64,000 nt of DNA, from IMG/VR virus record IMGVR_UViG_3300045988_156369, one strand, 5' to 3'. The notes beneath the pieces are model-generated. The model was not told the origin of the DNA. It saw nothing but the letters and a program-made list of their open reading frames with translations, and did not search any database. The position numbers were made by a program, and so were the translations under genes. This document shows, piece after piece, positions 51,040-61,355 of this stretch (position 1 is the stretch's first letter; each line of letters starts with the position of its first letter). This DNA comes from a virus.

Positions 51040-52782
51040 ATGGTGAAGAAAACTGCAAGAGAGGTTACGGAAGATAAGACAAGCCGGATTATGAATGCCG
51101 TGGCGCTGTGGGCCAGCTTTTACCGGGCGAACCCGCAGAGGTTTTGCAAGGATTATTTGAACGTAAACCTGAAGATGTTCCAACAGATTTTGATTTATTG
51201 CATGGCGCTATGCACAAATTTTTGTTTTATAGCGGCGCGTGGTCTAGGCAAAACGTTCCTATGTGCAATTTTCTGTTGTTGGAAAGCGATCTTGTACCCA
51301 GGCAGCCTGATTGTGATTGCGAGCAAAACGCGAAACCAGGGCAGCCTGGTACTGAAAAAGATTGAGCAGGAGTTGGTGCCGCGAAGCCCATTACTGCGCA
51401 GTGAGATAAAAGATATAACGATAAACCAGAGTGTGGCGAAGATAACCTTCCGTAATGACAGTGTGATTGAGGTTGTGACCGCCGCAGACACTGCCCGTGG
51501 CGGCCGTGCGAGTTTGCTGATCATTGACGAGTACCGCATGGTTGACAAGGAAGTGCTGGATCTGGTTTTGAAGAAGTTTTTGAACTATATCCGCCACCCC
51601 GGCTACATGGACAACCCCAAGTACGCCCATTTGGCGGAACGCAACCAGCAGATGTACCTAAGCTCTGCATGGTTTGAACAGCACTGGTCATGGGATTTAT
51701 GCAAGGATTACTTTGTGAACATGTTTGACACCACGAAAAATTACTATTGTTTCCGATTCCCGTACCAGATGAGTATTAAGGAAAACCTGCTGCTGAAGAG
51801 CCAGGTAGAAGACGAGATGACAGAATCGACGTTTTCTGACATACGGTTCCGCATGGAGAACGAGGCGCTGTTTATTGGTACGACAGATGGCGGGCTATTT
51901 AGCTTTGATGACATTAACAAGCAGCGCAAGATCATAAAAGCGTTCTATGCGCCAAACATGATTTTGAACAATAAGGCGGCTTGCCAGTTGCCGGCCAAGA
52001 AGACCGGTGAGAAGCGGATTTTGACGGTTGATATTGCCCTGATGAGTTCTAAGCGCCGCGACAATGACGCCACCAGCATCTTTTTGAACAGTTTGGTGCC
52101 GGACAGTACAGGCAAGTGTACCAGCAACATGGTGTACACCGAAAACTGCGAGGGTATTATTACGCAGGATTTGGTGCTGAAGCTACGCCGCTACTTTAAG
52201 TATTTTGAGTGTGACTACATTGGCATTGACGCAAAGGGTCTTGGTGCTCCTATTATGGATCTGCTGATGCACGAGTGCTATGACCCGGAGACGGGCGAGA
52301 CATACCCGCCGCTGAACTGCTGCAATAACCCGGATTTCCAGGAGCGGTGCCCCGACAAGACGGCACCCAAGGTGATTTGGGCGATCATGGGCAGTAGCCA
52401 GTTTAATAATGACGTGACAATTGCGTTGCGAAGCGGAATCCAACAGGGGAGAATCCGGTTTTTGGAATCCGAATATGACTGCGAAGAGATTTTGCGGGCG
52501 AACATTAAAGGTTATGACAAGCTTTCACCCATGGAGAAGATGGCGCTGCAGATGCCGTACATCAATACCGGATTGGCTGTAAATGAGCTGGTGAACCTGG
52601 AATATGAAGCAACGAATAATTTGATCCGTGTGCATGAGAAGCCCGGCGCACGCAAGGACCGTTACAGCAGCCTGAGCTATAACTATTACATTGCGCTGCA
52701 GGTTGAACGCATGATGAGTAAAAACTTTATGCGCAATAAGAAGATTGAAATAAACTTTAGAGCGCCCAGACTGCGGCATTAA
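51040..52782 (+). CDS. terL: terminase large subunit
   Basis: Walker A-like AARGLGKT, Walker B LLIIDEY. 580 aa with a C-terminal nuclease-sized domain. Position is before portal. Confidence 0.85.
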   Translation: MVKKTAREVTEDKTSRIMNAVALWASFYRANPQRFCKDYLNVNLKMFQQILIYCMALCTNFCFIAARGLGKTFLCAIFCCWKAILYPGSLIVIASKTRNQGSLVLKKIEQELVPRSPLLRSEIKDITINQSVAKITFRNDSVIEVVTAADTARGGRASLLIIDEYRMVDKEVLDLVLKKFLNYIRHPGYMDNPKYAHLAERNQQMYLSSAWFEQHWSWDLCKDYFVNMFDTTKNYYCFRFPYQMSIKENLLLKSQVEDEMTESTFSDIRFRMENEALFIGTTDGGLFSFDDINKQRKIIKAFYAPNMILNNKAACQLPAKKTGEKRILTVDIALMSSKRRDNDATSIFLNSLVPDSTGKCTSNMVYTENCEGIITQDLVLKLRRYFKYFECDYIGIDAKGLGAPIMDLLMHECYDPETGETYPPLNCCNNPDFQERCPDKTAPKVIWAIMGSSQFNNDVTIALRSGIQQGRIRFLESEYDCEEILRANIKGYDKLSPMEKMALQMPYINTGLAVNELVNLEYEATNNLIRVHEKPGARKDRYSSLSYNYYIALQVERMMSKNFMRNKKIEINFRAPRLRH

Positions 52783-52838
52783 GGAGAGAACTTTAAGTAA
52801 TTAAAATCATTGTCAATGGTGATTAAATGTGTTGAAAC

Positions 52839-54014
52839 ATGCTCATGGAGGATAAGAGGAAATTGCTAAAAAGCTTCAAGACAGAAATAAATCCGACGGT
52901 CGAGCAAAAAATTAAGATTCGTAAAACGATAGGAACTTGCAGATTTATTTATAACTTCTATTTAGCTCATAACAAAAAGCTTCACGAAGATGGGGAAAAA
53001 TTTATGAGCAGCAGTAAATTTAGAATCTGGCTCAATAACGAATATCTTCCACAGCATCCGGAGCATTTGTGGATCAAGGAGGCATATTCAAAGGCTGTAA
53101 CACAGTCAGTAAATAACGGACAGACCGCATTTACAAGATTTTTTAATCACGAAAGTGCTTTCCCTAATTTCAAAAAGAAAGGCAAATCTGATGTAAAAAT
53201 GTATTTCGTAAAGAATAATCCTAAAGATTGTTATTGCGAAAGACATCGGATTAAAATTCCATCGCTTGGCTGGGTTCGTATCAAGGAAAAAGGATATATA
53301 CCAACTACCAAAGATGGGTATGAGATTAAAAGCGGTTCGGTTTCAATAAAGGCTGACAGGTATTATGTTTCAGTTCTTGTGGAAGTCTCTGATAACAAAA
53401 CAACCAATCACTTCAATGAAGGGATTGGCATAGACCTTGGACTAAAAGATTTTGCCATTGTATCAAACGGCAAAACATATCAAAACATCAACAAAACAGA
53501 AAAACTTAAAAAACTTGAGAGACAGCTTATTCGAGAACAAAGGTGTCTTTCTCGTAAATACGAAAAATTAAAGAAAGGAGAGTCCACTCAAAAGAATATA
53601 CAAAAACAAAAACTCAAAGTACAAAAACTTCACCATAGGATAGATAATATCCGTACCGATTATATCAACAAGACAATCGCAGAGATGGTAAAAACCAAGC
53701 CATCTTACATAACGATTGAAGACTTAAATGTAAAAGGTATGATGAAGAACAGGCATCTCGCAAAAGCCGTTGCATCACAAAAGTTCTATGAATTTAGAAC
53801 CAAGCTCAAAGCTAAGTGCAATGAAAATGGTATTGAATTAAGAGTTGTAGACAGATGGTATCCATCATCCAAAATGTGTCACTGTTGCGGCACTATCAAG
53901 AAAGATTTGAAGCTTTCGGATAGAATATACCGTTGCGATTGTGGCTATGTCGAGGATAGGGACTTTAATGCTGCTCTTAATCTAAGAGATGCTTTAACTT
54001 ACGAAGTTGCATAA
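52839..54014 (+). CDS. tnpB: TnpB (IS605 OrfB-family RNA-guided nuclease)
   Basis: RuvC triad contexts GIDLGLKD, ITIEDLN and DRDFNAALN. Zinc finger CHCCG...CDCG. N-terminal OrfB-like helix-rich region. Confidence 0.88.
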   Translation: MLMEDKRKLLKSFKTEINPTVEQKIKIRKTIGTCRFIYNFYLAHNKKLHEDGEKFMSSSKFRIWLNNEYLPQHPEHLWIKEAYSKAVTQSVNNGQTAFTRFFNHESAFPNFKKKGKSDVKMYFVKNNPKDCYCERHRIKIPSLGWVRIKEKGYIPTTKDGYEIKSGSVSIKADRYYVSVLVEVSDNKTTNHFNEGIGIDLGLKDFAIVSNGKTYQNINKTEKLKKLERQLIREQRCLSRKYEKLKKGESTQKNIQKQKLKVQKLHHRIDNIRTDYINKTIAEMVKTKPSYITIEDLNVKGMMKNRHLAKAVASQKFYEFRTKLKAKCNENGIELRVVDRWYPSSKMCHCCGTIKKDLKLSDRIYRCDCGYVEDRDFNAALNLRDALTYEVA

Positions 54015-54193
54015 TAAAAGCAAACGTAAGTATGTACTGCGGGCTATCGCAGGAATTCACGACTGTGGAGTGTACAAGAACTTGTGAGTAGCGTATCTGT
54101 TTACGGATTGCAAAAGCATACACAGTGAAGCAGTAAGAAGTATCCGCAAGGACTTCAATTTCTCGATGTGTTTGAGTATATTTCAACACATTT
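54015..54193 (+). ncRNA. Candidate TnpB omega/reRNA scaffold region
   Basis: ORF-free 180 nt between the tnpB stop codon and the right end of the insertion, where TnpB guide-RNA scaffolds are encoded. The assignment is positional. Confidence 0.4.
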
Positions 54194-54211
54194 TGAGTGG
54201 CAGGCGGCTAT

Positions 54212-55747
54212 ATGGAAGAAATACAGCAGAAAAAGGTCGCCATGATCAGCCCGGACGGCAAGAAAAGCTTTGTGCCATTGACGGAATTTATGAGTAAGGT
54301 GCGATATGCGAACCTGGCAAACGTGAAGATCCGCGACCTGGAAAATAACCGCGACTACAACCCTACTTATAAAAAGTACACCAAGAGCCAGATTGTTACC
54401 TATTTGGCGAACCCGGCCAACTATGAAGTGCAGCTGCGGCAGATGAGCCAATACCTGTTCAATATTTCGAACTATTACAGGCGGCTGATCCAGTATTTTG
54501 CCAACATGAGCACGTTCAGTTACATTGTGGTGCCGTATGGCGTTGATTATTCCAAGAATGTGAACCTGCAAAAGTTCAAAAAAGGTTACTATGCGGTGAC
54601 GGCACAGCTGGAAAAGATGAACCTGCGGCACGAGTTCAGCCGGGCGTTGATGGTGGCGTTCCGTGATGATGTGTATTACGGGTACGCATGGGAAACGAAC
54701 GACAGCTACACATTTCAGCAGCTGGATGCAGACTATTGCAAGATCAGCAGCATTGAGGATGGTGTATACAACTTTGCGTTCAATTTTTCTTATTTTGATT
54801 CCCACAATGAGCGATTACCAAATTTTCCGCCGGAATTTACCACGATGTACAGTGCGTACCAGAAGGATTCCGGCTTGAAGTGGCAGGAGTTGTCAAGTGA
54901 AAATTCTATCTGTTTGAAAGTAAACGAGCAGACGTATGTGCCGATCCCGCCGTTTGTGAGCTTGTTCAGCGCACTGGCGGATATTGAAGACTACCGGGCG
55001 ATCAGTAAGGATGCCAGCGAAGTGAATAATTACAAGGCGTTGGCGCTGGAGATCCCGGTGGGGGATGACGGTACATTTTTGATTGACTACGACCTGTGCA
55101 AAGAGTTTTACGACATGCTGTGCAACGTGCTGCCGGAGAACATTGGCGCGATTATGAGTCCGATGAAGATCAGCAGCTGGGACTTTGAAAAAAGTGGAGC
55201 TGTGAGCGGCAGTGACGATGTGGCAAAAGCTGAAAATTCGATGTGGAAGCAGGCGGGTGTCAACAATATTTTGTTTGGTGGCGGTGAAGATCCCAGCAGT
55301 TCGACGCTGAGCCTTTCTACCGTAAATGACCAGATGATTGTGTTTGCGATGATGCGGCAGATTGAACGCTGGATCAACCGTAAATTAAAGAGTGTTTCGA
55401 CGGCAGTTAAGTTTAAGGTAAATATTTTAGATGTGACGTATTTTAACCGGCAGGAAGTGCATGACCGCCTTGTAAAAGATGGCCAGTACGGAATGCCGGT
55501 GCGCAGTGCCATTATGGCGACAAGCGGATACAGCCCAAGCGATATGGAGAACATGCAGTACCTGGAAAACACGGTATTGAACCTGTCGGCCAATGAGGTG
55601 CCGCTGATAAGCTCCAACACGCAGAGCGCTGCTGACAGTAATGCCGCGACAGATGAAGGCGGACGCCCCACCAATGCAAGTGAGGGTAAGGCGCTGACAG
55701 ACGCAGGCGAGAATAGCAGCGAGGAAGACCTGGCGACAGGAGGCTGA
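54212..55747 (+). CDS. portal protein (by size and synteny)
   Basis: About 510-aa ORF following terL once the IS is removed, with an acidic C-terminus. The start could be GTG at 54197 or ATG at 54212. Confidence 0.6.
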   Translation: MEEIQQKKVAMISPDGKKSFVPLTEFMSKVRYANLANVKIRDLENNRDYNPTYKKYTKSQIVTYLANPANYEVQLRQMSQYLFNISNYYRRLIQYFANMSTFSYIVVPYGVDYSKNVNLQKFKKGYYAVTAQLEKMNLRHEFSRALMVAFRDDVYYGYAWETNDSYTFQQLDADYCKISSIEDGVYNFAFNFSYFDSHNERLPNFPPEFTTMYSAYQKDSGLKWQELSSENSICLKVNEQTYVPIPPFVSLFSALADIEDYRAISKDASEVNNYKALALEIPVGDDGTFLIDYDLCKEFYDMLCNVLPENIGAIMSPMKISSWDFEKSGAVSGSDDVAKAENSMWKQAGVNNILFGGGEDPSSSTLSLSTVNDQMIVFAMMRQIERWINRKLKSVSTAVKFKVNILDVTYFNRQEVHDRLVKDGQYGMPVRSAIMATSGYSPSDMENMQYLENTVLNLSANEVPLISSNTQSAADSNAATDEGGRPTNASEGKALTDAGENSSEEDLATGG

Positions 55748-55752
55748 TAGCG

Positions 55753-55938
55753 ATGAAGCGTGAAGTTAAAGTACGCGGCCGTGACGTGGTACTATATTTG
55801 CTGCGCCAGAAAAAGAAGCTGGTGCGGGAAGAGCGCGATAGTGGCGGCCATACAGTATATATTTTTGAACTTGACGACGATGATTTGAAGGCTGTGCAGG
55901 AGTTTGCCGCACAGCAGAAAAAACGAAATTACTTTTGA
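55753..55938 (+). CDS. hypothetical protein (61 aa)
   Basis: Short ORF followed by a terminator. Confidence 0.5.
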   Translation: MKREVKVRGRDVVLYLLRQKKKLVREERDSGGHTVYIFELDDDDLKAVQEFAAQQKKRNYF

Positions 55939-55940
55939 GA

Positions 55941-55965
55941 GACCGCTATGCAAGCGGCCTTTTTT
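55941..55965 (+). terminator. Intrinsic terminator
   Basis: GACCGCT-ATGCA-AGCGGCC followed by T6. Confidence 0.6.
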
Positions 55966-56039
55966 AGTTTACGGGGTGATTGGATGTGAGTGAGCGGTTG
56001 AACCGCCTGCCAATTACCTTTGAAAAAACCGGAGAAGTG

Positions 56040-57665
56040 ATGGGCAAAGATACGCGTTTTATTAACGTGACGATTGATGTGCTGCATACTGGCGGCAACC
56101 TGAACGGATCGCGGTTTGAAAAAGAGGTAGTTGACCGGGCAGCAAAGAGTATTGCGAATACCCCGATCCTTGGATACATTGAGCAAAATGACGATGATGA
56201 GCTTGATTTTAAGGGCCACGAGCATGAGCTGATTGTGGACGAGGACGGGATTCGATATGTATATGCCGGCAGCGCTTACGGTGTGATACCGGAGAGCTGC
56301 AACCCGCGCTGGGTAAGCCGGGATGACGGCACAGGAAAAACACGGGAATATTTGCGCGTTGACGGGTTGCTGTGGACCAAGTTTGACGATTCCTGTGGGA
56401 TTTTTGAGCGGGATGTGGTGAAAGGGCAGAGCATGGAGATCACCAACATGGAAGGCTATGTGGATAAGGACGGCTACTATGTTGTGCAGAATTTTGATTT
56501 TGATGGCTGTTGCGTGCTTTCCACCACTGACCCGCAAATCCGACCAGCAATGACGGGCAGCACAGTTACGGCGAATTTTACCGCCGCGACGATTGCGAGC
56601 CAGGTTAAGGATATGCTGGCGGAATACACAGCTTTACAGAGATCTGAATCCTCCAAGGAGGCTCAGATAGATAATTTTGCGAAAGGAGACGATTGCTTGA
56701 AAGAAAAAGAAGAAATTCTGGCTTCTTACGGCATTGACGCTTCTACGCTGGAGTTCTCTTTGGAGGAAATTACCATTGAGGAACTGAAAGCGAAGTGTGA
56801 AGAGATGGCTGCAGCAAAATCTGCCGAGCCGGAAGAGCCGCAGGGTGAACCGGAAAGTGAGCCGGCCGCAGAGCCTGCTGCTGAACCTGCAGAACCCGAA
56901 CCCCAGGCAGAACCGGAACCCGCTGCGGAACCGGAAGGCGGAGAACCTGCTGCGGATTACAGCCTGAACCTGTGCGACAAGCTGAACGAAGTAAACGAGG
57001 CCATTAGCGCTGAAACCATGATTGACCCGTGGGGCTATGAAGTGAGCCGCTATTGGCTGCAGGATGTGCAGGATGACCTTGCCGTTGTGATGGATTGCCA
57101 GGATTGGAAGATCTACAGCTTTACCTTCACCATGGATGGCGACAACGTGAAAGTTGATTTTGCCAGCAAGAAACGCATGAAGGTAAAGTATGAAGCCTGG
57201 GATGAAGGCAGTGCCGATATTGGCGTGCCCGCGCTATACAGCACCATGGGCGACAAGGCCAAAGAGCAGACCGAAAAACTGGAGGCTGCCAACAAGCAGT
57301 ACAGCGAACTGAAAGCAGAGTATGACGAGATGAAGCCGAAATATGATGCTTACGTTGCGGCCGAGGCTGCTGCTGCCAAAGAAGAAGAGAGCGCTAAACG
57401 CGAACAGCTGTTTGCCGTTATGGATCAGAAGCTGGATGGCGATGCTGATTATGCCAAGCTGCGAGATAACAAGACGATGGAGTTTACCGTTTTGGAAGAT
57501 GCTTGCTACAAGCTGTTGGGCAAGAAGGCCGCTGAGTTCAGTTATGTTCCGCCCAAAGAAAAGAAGGGCGAGGTAAACAAGGTACGGTTTGGCGTGAATG
57601 GCACCCAGAAAACAGAGAAGCGCTATGGCGACCTGTTTGAACGTTACCTGCATACAAAAGAGTAA
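56040..57665 (+). CDS. putative prohead protease/scaffold fusion protein
   Basis: N-terminal HTGGNLNGSRF..ANTPILGY resembles XkdF-type prohead protease domains. A central Glu/Pro/Ala-rich linker is followed by a coiled-coil-like C-terminus. Position is between portal and capsid. Confidence 0.55.
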   Translation: MGKDTRFINVTIDVLHTGGNLNGSRFEKEVVDRAAKSIANTPILGYIEQNDDDELDFKGHEHELIVDEDGIRYVYAGSAYGVIPESCNPRWVSRDDGTGKTREYLRVDGLLWTKFDDSCGIFERDVVKGQSMEITNMEGYVDKDGYYVVQNFDFDGCCVLSTTDPQIRPAMTGSTVTANFTAATIASQVKDMLAEYTALQRSESSKEAQIDNFAKGDDCLKEKEEILASYGIDASTLEFSLEEITIEELKAKCEEMAAAKSAEPEEPQGEPESEPAAEPAAEPAEPEPQAEPEPAAEPEGGEPAADYSLNLCDKLNEVNEAISAETMIDPWGYEVSRYWLQDVQDDLAVVMDCQDWKIYSFTFTMDGDNVKVDFASKKRMKVKYEAWDEGSADIGVPALYSTMGDKAKEQTEKLEAANKQYSELKAEYDEMKPKYDAYVAAEAAAAKEEESAKREQLFAVMDQKLDGDADYAKLRDNKTMEFTVLEDACYKLLGKKAAEFSYVPPKEKKGEVNKVRFGVNGTQKTEKRYGDLFERYLHTKE

Positions 57666-57684
57666 AAAAAAGGAGTTACATATT

Positions 57685-58206
57685 ATGGCTAACATTAAAC
57701 ATGCTGTTGTTGGCACCGATATGCTGGTTGGTTCCAGCAACGCTGCCTACCTGAAGAGTGTTGTTTTTTACAAGGATGGCAGCCCTGCCGCCATTGATAA
57801 TGGCAACATTGTTGTGATTGGTGATGCGATCGGCCCCGAAACCTACAAGGCTGAAGCACCTGCTGCTGATTCCAAGCGCTCCCTGCTGGCCCTGGTTGCC
57901 GGCGTTGAGCTGTTTTACGATGAGACCCGCACCCATTACCTGACCGAGTGGGAGAACGAAGCTGGCAAGCCTGTTCGCGTTTACCTGCTGGTTGCTGGCG
58001 CTGATTCTTTCCGCGTTACTGCTGAAGCTTTTGACGGTACCCCCGAAAAGGGCAAGTTCGTTGCCTTTGCTGCTGGTTCTACCAAGCTGAAAATTGAGGC
58101 TGATGCTTCTGCTGACAATGTTTTTGGTGCGATCAAGCGCGATCCTGTGAAGGTTGGCTTTGGCGACGGCCAGTATACCTATTACATCGTTGATGTGATC
58201 GCCTGA
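57685..58206 (+). CDS. hypothetical head-associated protein (173 aa)
   Basis: ATG at 57685 after AAAGGAG. Lies between the scaffold and capsid genes. Confidence 0.6.
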   Translation: MANIKHAVVGTDMLVGSSNAAYLKSVVFYKDGSPAAIDNGNIVVIGDAIGPETYKAEAPAADSKRSLLALVAGVELFYDETRTHYLTEWENEAGKPVRVYLLVAGADSFRVTAEAFDGTPEKGKFVAFAAGSTKLKIEADASADNVFGAIKRDPVKVGFGDGQYTYYIVDVIA

Positions 58207-58290
58207 TTTTTTGTATCAGCGAGTTAGTTATAACTAATTACTGGTGTGGCCTATGGCTGCACCTATCTTTATATGTAAAGGAGTATTAAC

Positions 58291-59277
58291 ATGGATGAGA
58301 AACTGATTAAGCTGGCCGTTGATGGCTACCATGGCCACCTGGGCGAATACAGCGTGAAAGACAGCCAGGAAGTTCTGCGCCAGGCCATGATTGAGGCTAA
58401 TAATGGCAAGACCAGCATGAGCTACAAGGATATCCGCGACGGTAAGTGCAGCAACCTGTTTGCTATTACCGAAGTTCTGATTGAAAAGGTCAGTGAAGAG
58501 GGCCTGAAGGGTGACGAGTTCTTTACCAATTTTATTGAGGACCGCAATACCGCTCTGGGCGATACCAACATTTTCCATACCACCAAGCCGTGCCTGCTGA
58601 CTGTTGCCGACATTGCTGAAGGCACCCAGGGCGTTCGCCGTCAGCGTCTGGAAGCCGGCCAGGACATTACCGTGAATACCCAGCTGCGTGCTGTGAAGGT
58701 TTACGAGGAAATGAACCGTGTGATGGCTGGCCGCATTGACTTTAATGACCTGGTTGACACTGTTGGCCGCAGCTTTACCCAGTATGATCTGGACAGCGCT
58801 TATCTGGCATGGACCAGCATGTTTACCAAGCTGGACCCCGTTTATACCCAGAGCGGTTCTTACAATGAGGACAAGCTGCTTGACCTGATTGAGCACATTG
58901 AGGCTTCTACCGGCGACACCGCTACGATTGTTGGCACCCGTAAGGCACTGCGCAAGATTACCACTGCTACCATGGGTGAGCAGGCCAAGAGCGACCTGTA
59001 CAGCATGGGCTACCTGGGCCACATTGCTGGCACCCCGCTGGTTGCCATGAAGCAGCGCCACAAGATTGGCTCCACTGAGTTTATTCTGCCTGACGACACC
59101 GTTTACATTTTTGCCGGTGACACCAAGCCCGTGAAGCGCGTTACTGAGGGTGAAGTTACCATGCTGATGGGCGACCCGATGAACAAGACCGACCTGACCC
59201 AGGAATTCCTGATGACCAAGCGTACCGGTATTTCCATTATTCTGGACCGCGACTTTGGCAGCTACAAGTTTGCCTGA
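58291..59277 (+). CDS. major capsid protein (by synteny)
   Basis: 328-aa ORF after the scaffold gene, followed by the strongest terminator in the window. Confidence 0.62.
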   Translation: MDEKLIKLAVDGYHGHLGEYSVKDSQEVLRQAMIEANNGKTSMSYKDIRDGKCSNLFAITEVLIEKVSEEGLKGDEFFTNFIEDRNTALGDTNIFHTTKPCLLTVADIAEGTQGVRRQRLEAGQDITVNTQLRAVKVYEEMNRVMAGRIDFNDLVDTVGRSFTQYDLDSAYLAWTSMFTKLDPVYTQSGSYNEDKLLDLIEHIEASTGDTATIVGTRKALRKITTATMGEQAKSDLYSMGYLGHIAGTPLVAMKQRHKIGSTEFILPDDTVYIFAGDTKPVKRVTEGEVTMLMGDPMNKTDLTQEFLMTKRTGISIILDRDFGSYKFA

Positions 59278-59294
59278 TTTTGAGCTGAACGATA

Positions 59295-59322
59295 CCCCTG
59301 CCGCAAGGCGGGGTTCTTTTTT
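59295..59322 (+). terminator. Intrinsic terminator after the capsid gene
   Basis: CCCC(T)GCC-GCAA-GGCGGGG followed by TTCTTTTTT. Confidence 0.75.
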
Positions 59323-59349
59323 ATGTAAGGAATATTTTGGAGGTATGTT

Positions 59350-59883
59350 TTGGCAACTGCGAAGATTACCAATGAGACCATGGTGGAATGCAAGAACGGC
59401 ACCCATGGCAACTTGTTTTATGCTTCGACCCGCAACCCCGGCTACACCGTTGAGTGGACCGAGTTTGGCGAGGTGCAGGAGATGGACTACGCCGAGCTGC
59501 TTGTAATGCGTGGCAGCCAGCCGCGGTTTTTCCGTGATAACTGGATTTTGATTGAGGACGCCAACGTATTGCGCAAGCTGGGTGTGGAACGTTATTACAA
59601 GAATGCGCTGACCACGGAGAACTTTGACGAGGTATTTAAGTGGACCCCGGATGAGATCCGCGAGAAGGTGCCCAAGATGAGCGAGGGGATGCGCGACAGC
59701 ATCCGTATCCGCGCAAAGGAGATGCTGAAAGCAGACCAGCTGGACAGCCGTGCCATGATTAAAGCATTGAACGATGTGCTGGATTGCGATTTGGAAGAAT
59801 CCGTTGCGTTGGAGGCACCCAAAAAACCCAGAACCCGCAAGAGCGGCGTTGAGATTGTGACGATCGGCGGAACCGAAGAATAA
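59350..59883 (+). CDS. hypothetical structural-module protein (177 aa)
   Basis: TTG start after GGAGG. Confidence 0.6.
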   Translation: MATAKITNETMVECKNGTHGNLFYASTRNPGYTVEWTEFGEVQEMDYAELLVMRGSQPRFFRDNWILIEDANVLRKLGVERYYKNALTTENFDEVFKWTPDEIREKVPKMSEGMRDSIRIRAKEMLKADQLDSRAMIKALNDVLDCDLEESVALEAPKKPRTRKSGVEIVTIGGTEE

Positions 59884-59904
59884 TGAGAGGAATGGTGCGG
59901 GCCA

Positions 59905-60339
59905 ATGGGCACAAGATACGAGGAAGTTTATGAGCGTTACCGTGGCCAAGTCCGCAACTATGAGTTCCTGGACTACGATGCGGTGACAAGAGAAGCAATG
60001 CAGCTAGATCTTTTGAAGATGGCGATCAGCGATTTTGAGGATGTGTGCAAACAGAATCTGAATGACAGGGAAGATGACCTGCTGGAGTTCAACATTACGC
60101 TGACGAACCGCGAGAAGGATATTTTGGCACTGGGCATGATTGTGCATTTTGTGCGCCAGTATGTTTATAACACAGACGCATTGCAGAACGGATTGAGCAC
60201 AAAGGATTTTACGTTGTTTTCGCCAGCTAACCTGTTGGAGAAGATGACGACCCTGCTGACCACGACAGAGCGACAGCAGATGAAGGAGATTAACCTATAC
60301 TCTTTCCGCAATGGGGAAATTGCGAGCTTGACTGAGTGA
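59905..60339 (+). CDS. hypothetical head-tail joining-module protein (144 aa)
   Basis: ORF in the structural operon. Confidence 0.6.
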   Translation: MGTRYEEVYERYRGQVRNYEFLDYDAVTREAMQLDLLKMAISDFEDVCKQNLNDREDDLLEFNITLTNREKDILALGMIVHFVRQYVYNTDALQNGLSTKDFTLFSPANLLEKMTTLLTTTERQQMKEINLYSFRNGEIASLTE

Positions 60340-60350
60340 GGTGGTAGCGT

Positions 60351-61355
60351 ATGAACTATGAGACATATGCTGCTATGCTTGGCAGGCACGGAAGTACGCG
60401 GCGTGACCGGATGGTTGAAAAGAGCAAACGGGACACGCTGAGAATGGGGCCTGACTCCCCTGCCTATAAAGAGGTAGAGATTGAGGGGGTACCCCACCAC
60501 ATGATGATTATTAGCAGCACGGTGACAAACCAAAAGATTATACGCACCATGCCGGGCGACAACTTTGAGATTGGAAAAATTATGCTGTTTAGTAAAAGCC
60601 ATTGGCTGATTACAGAGCGCGATGCGGACGATGAAATAACCGTGCGCGGCAAAATTGAGCTGTGTAACCGGAGCATCCAGTGGCAGAACCATGAGACCGG
60701 GGAAATTATTACCCGGTGGGCAGTGGTGGACAAACCGTATTTTTCTAACCTGAACGAAGATGTATACATGACCATTTCCAGCCGCGAATTCCAGGTGAAA
60801 ATACCGTATGATGAGGAATCGGCTTTGCTGGATGTGGGGAAACGCCTGATGATGGAGCAGATTAACGGCAAGCCTAAAACTTACCGTGTGACCTGTGTGG
60901 ACGCTATGACAGAACGCTACGACTGGAATGACGCCCAGACGGGATTTTTGGTTTTGAACCTTGAACAGGACCAGCATGTGGAAGAACAGGATAACGCCGA
61001 AAAGATGCTATGCGATTACCAGGAGGTAAAGCAGGCACCGGAGGATGGCGAAGTGATTATTAAATACGCGGGCGAACCCAAAGTGCGCATTTGCGGGCGT
61101 GGCAAGATTTTTAAGGCCACGATTGATGGCAAGCCGCTGCCGGGATGCACCTGGAGCCTGAGCGTTGATGATAAAACACTTGAAACAAAGGTATACCTTG
61201 CCAACAGTGTGCAGTGGAACCGGGTAACTGGGGACAGCTGCCGGGTAGGCGCAGAGGATAATGCCGCGCTGAATGGAGCTACCGTGAAACTGACGGTTGT
61301 GGCACCGGACGGCAAGAGCACAGACAGCATTGCAGTAAAGGTGGTGGACGTATGA
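60351..61355 (+). CDS. hypothetical structural protein (334 aa) with Ig-like C-terminus
   Basis: The C-terminal ...ATVKLTVVAPDGKSTDSIAVKVVD resembles Big_2-type domains. Confidence 0.62.
   Translation: MNYETYAAMLGRHGSTRRDRMVEKSKRDTLRMGPDSPAYKEVEIEGVPHHMMIISSTVTNQKIIRTMPGDNFEIGKIMLFSKSHWLITERDADDEITVRGKIELCNRSIQWQNHETGEIITRWAVVDKPYFSNLNEDVYMTISSREFQVKIPYDEESALLDVGKRLMMEQINGKPKTYRVTCVDAMTERYDWNDAQTGFLVLNLEQDQHVEEQDNAEKMLCDYQEVKQAPEDGEVIIKYAGEPKVRICGRGKIFKATIDGKPLPGCTWSLSVDDKTLETKVYLANSVQWNRVTGDSCRVGAEDNAALNGATVKLTVVAPDGKSTDSIAVKVVDV

Larger units (their letters stand above)
52783..54196 (+). mobile_element. IS200/IS605-family (TnpB-only) insertion between terL and portal
   Basis: Markedly AT-rich relative to its flanks. 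13-nt inverted termini AAATGTGTTGAAA (52825-52837) and TTTCAACACATTT (54181-54193). Contains tnpB only. Confidence 0.7.

Noticed and set aside
56824-56955. The repetitive GAACC/GAGCC DNA in the scaffold gene as a tandem-repeat or CRISPR-like element.
   Set aside because: It is in frame and encodes a Glu/Pro/Ala-rich linker (AEPAAEPAEPEPQAEPEPAAEPE). It has no spacer-repeat regularity. No CRISPR array was seen anywhere in the window.
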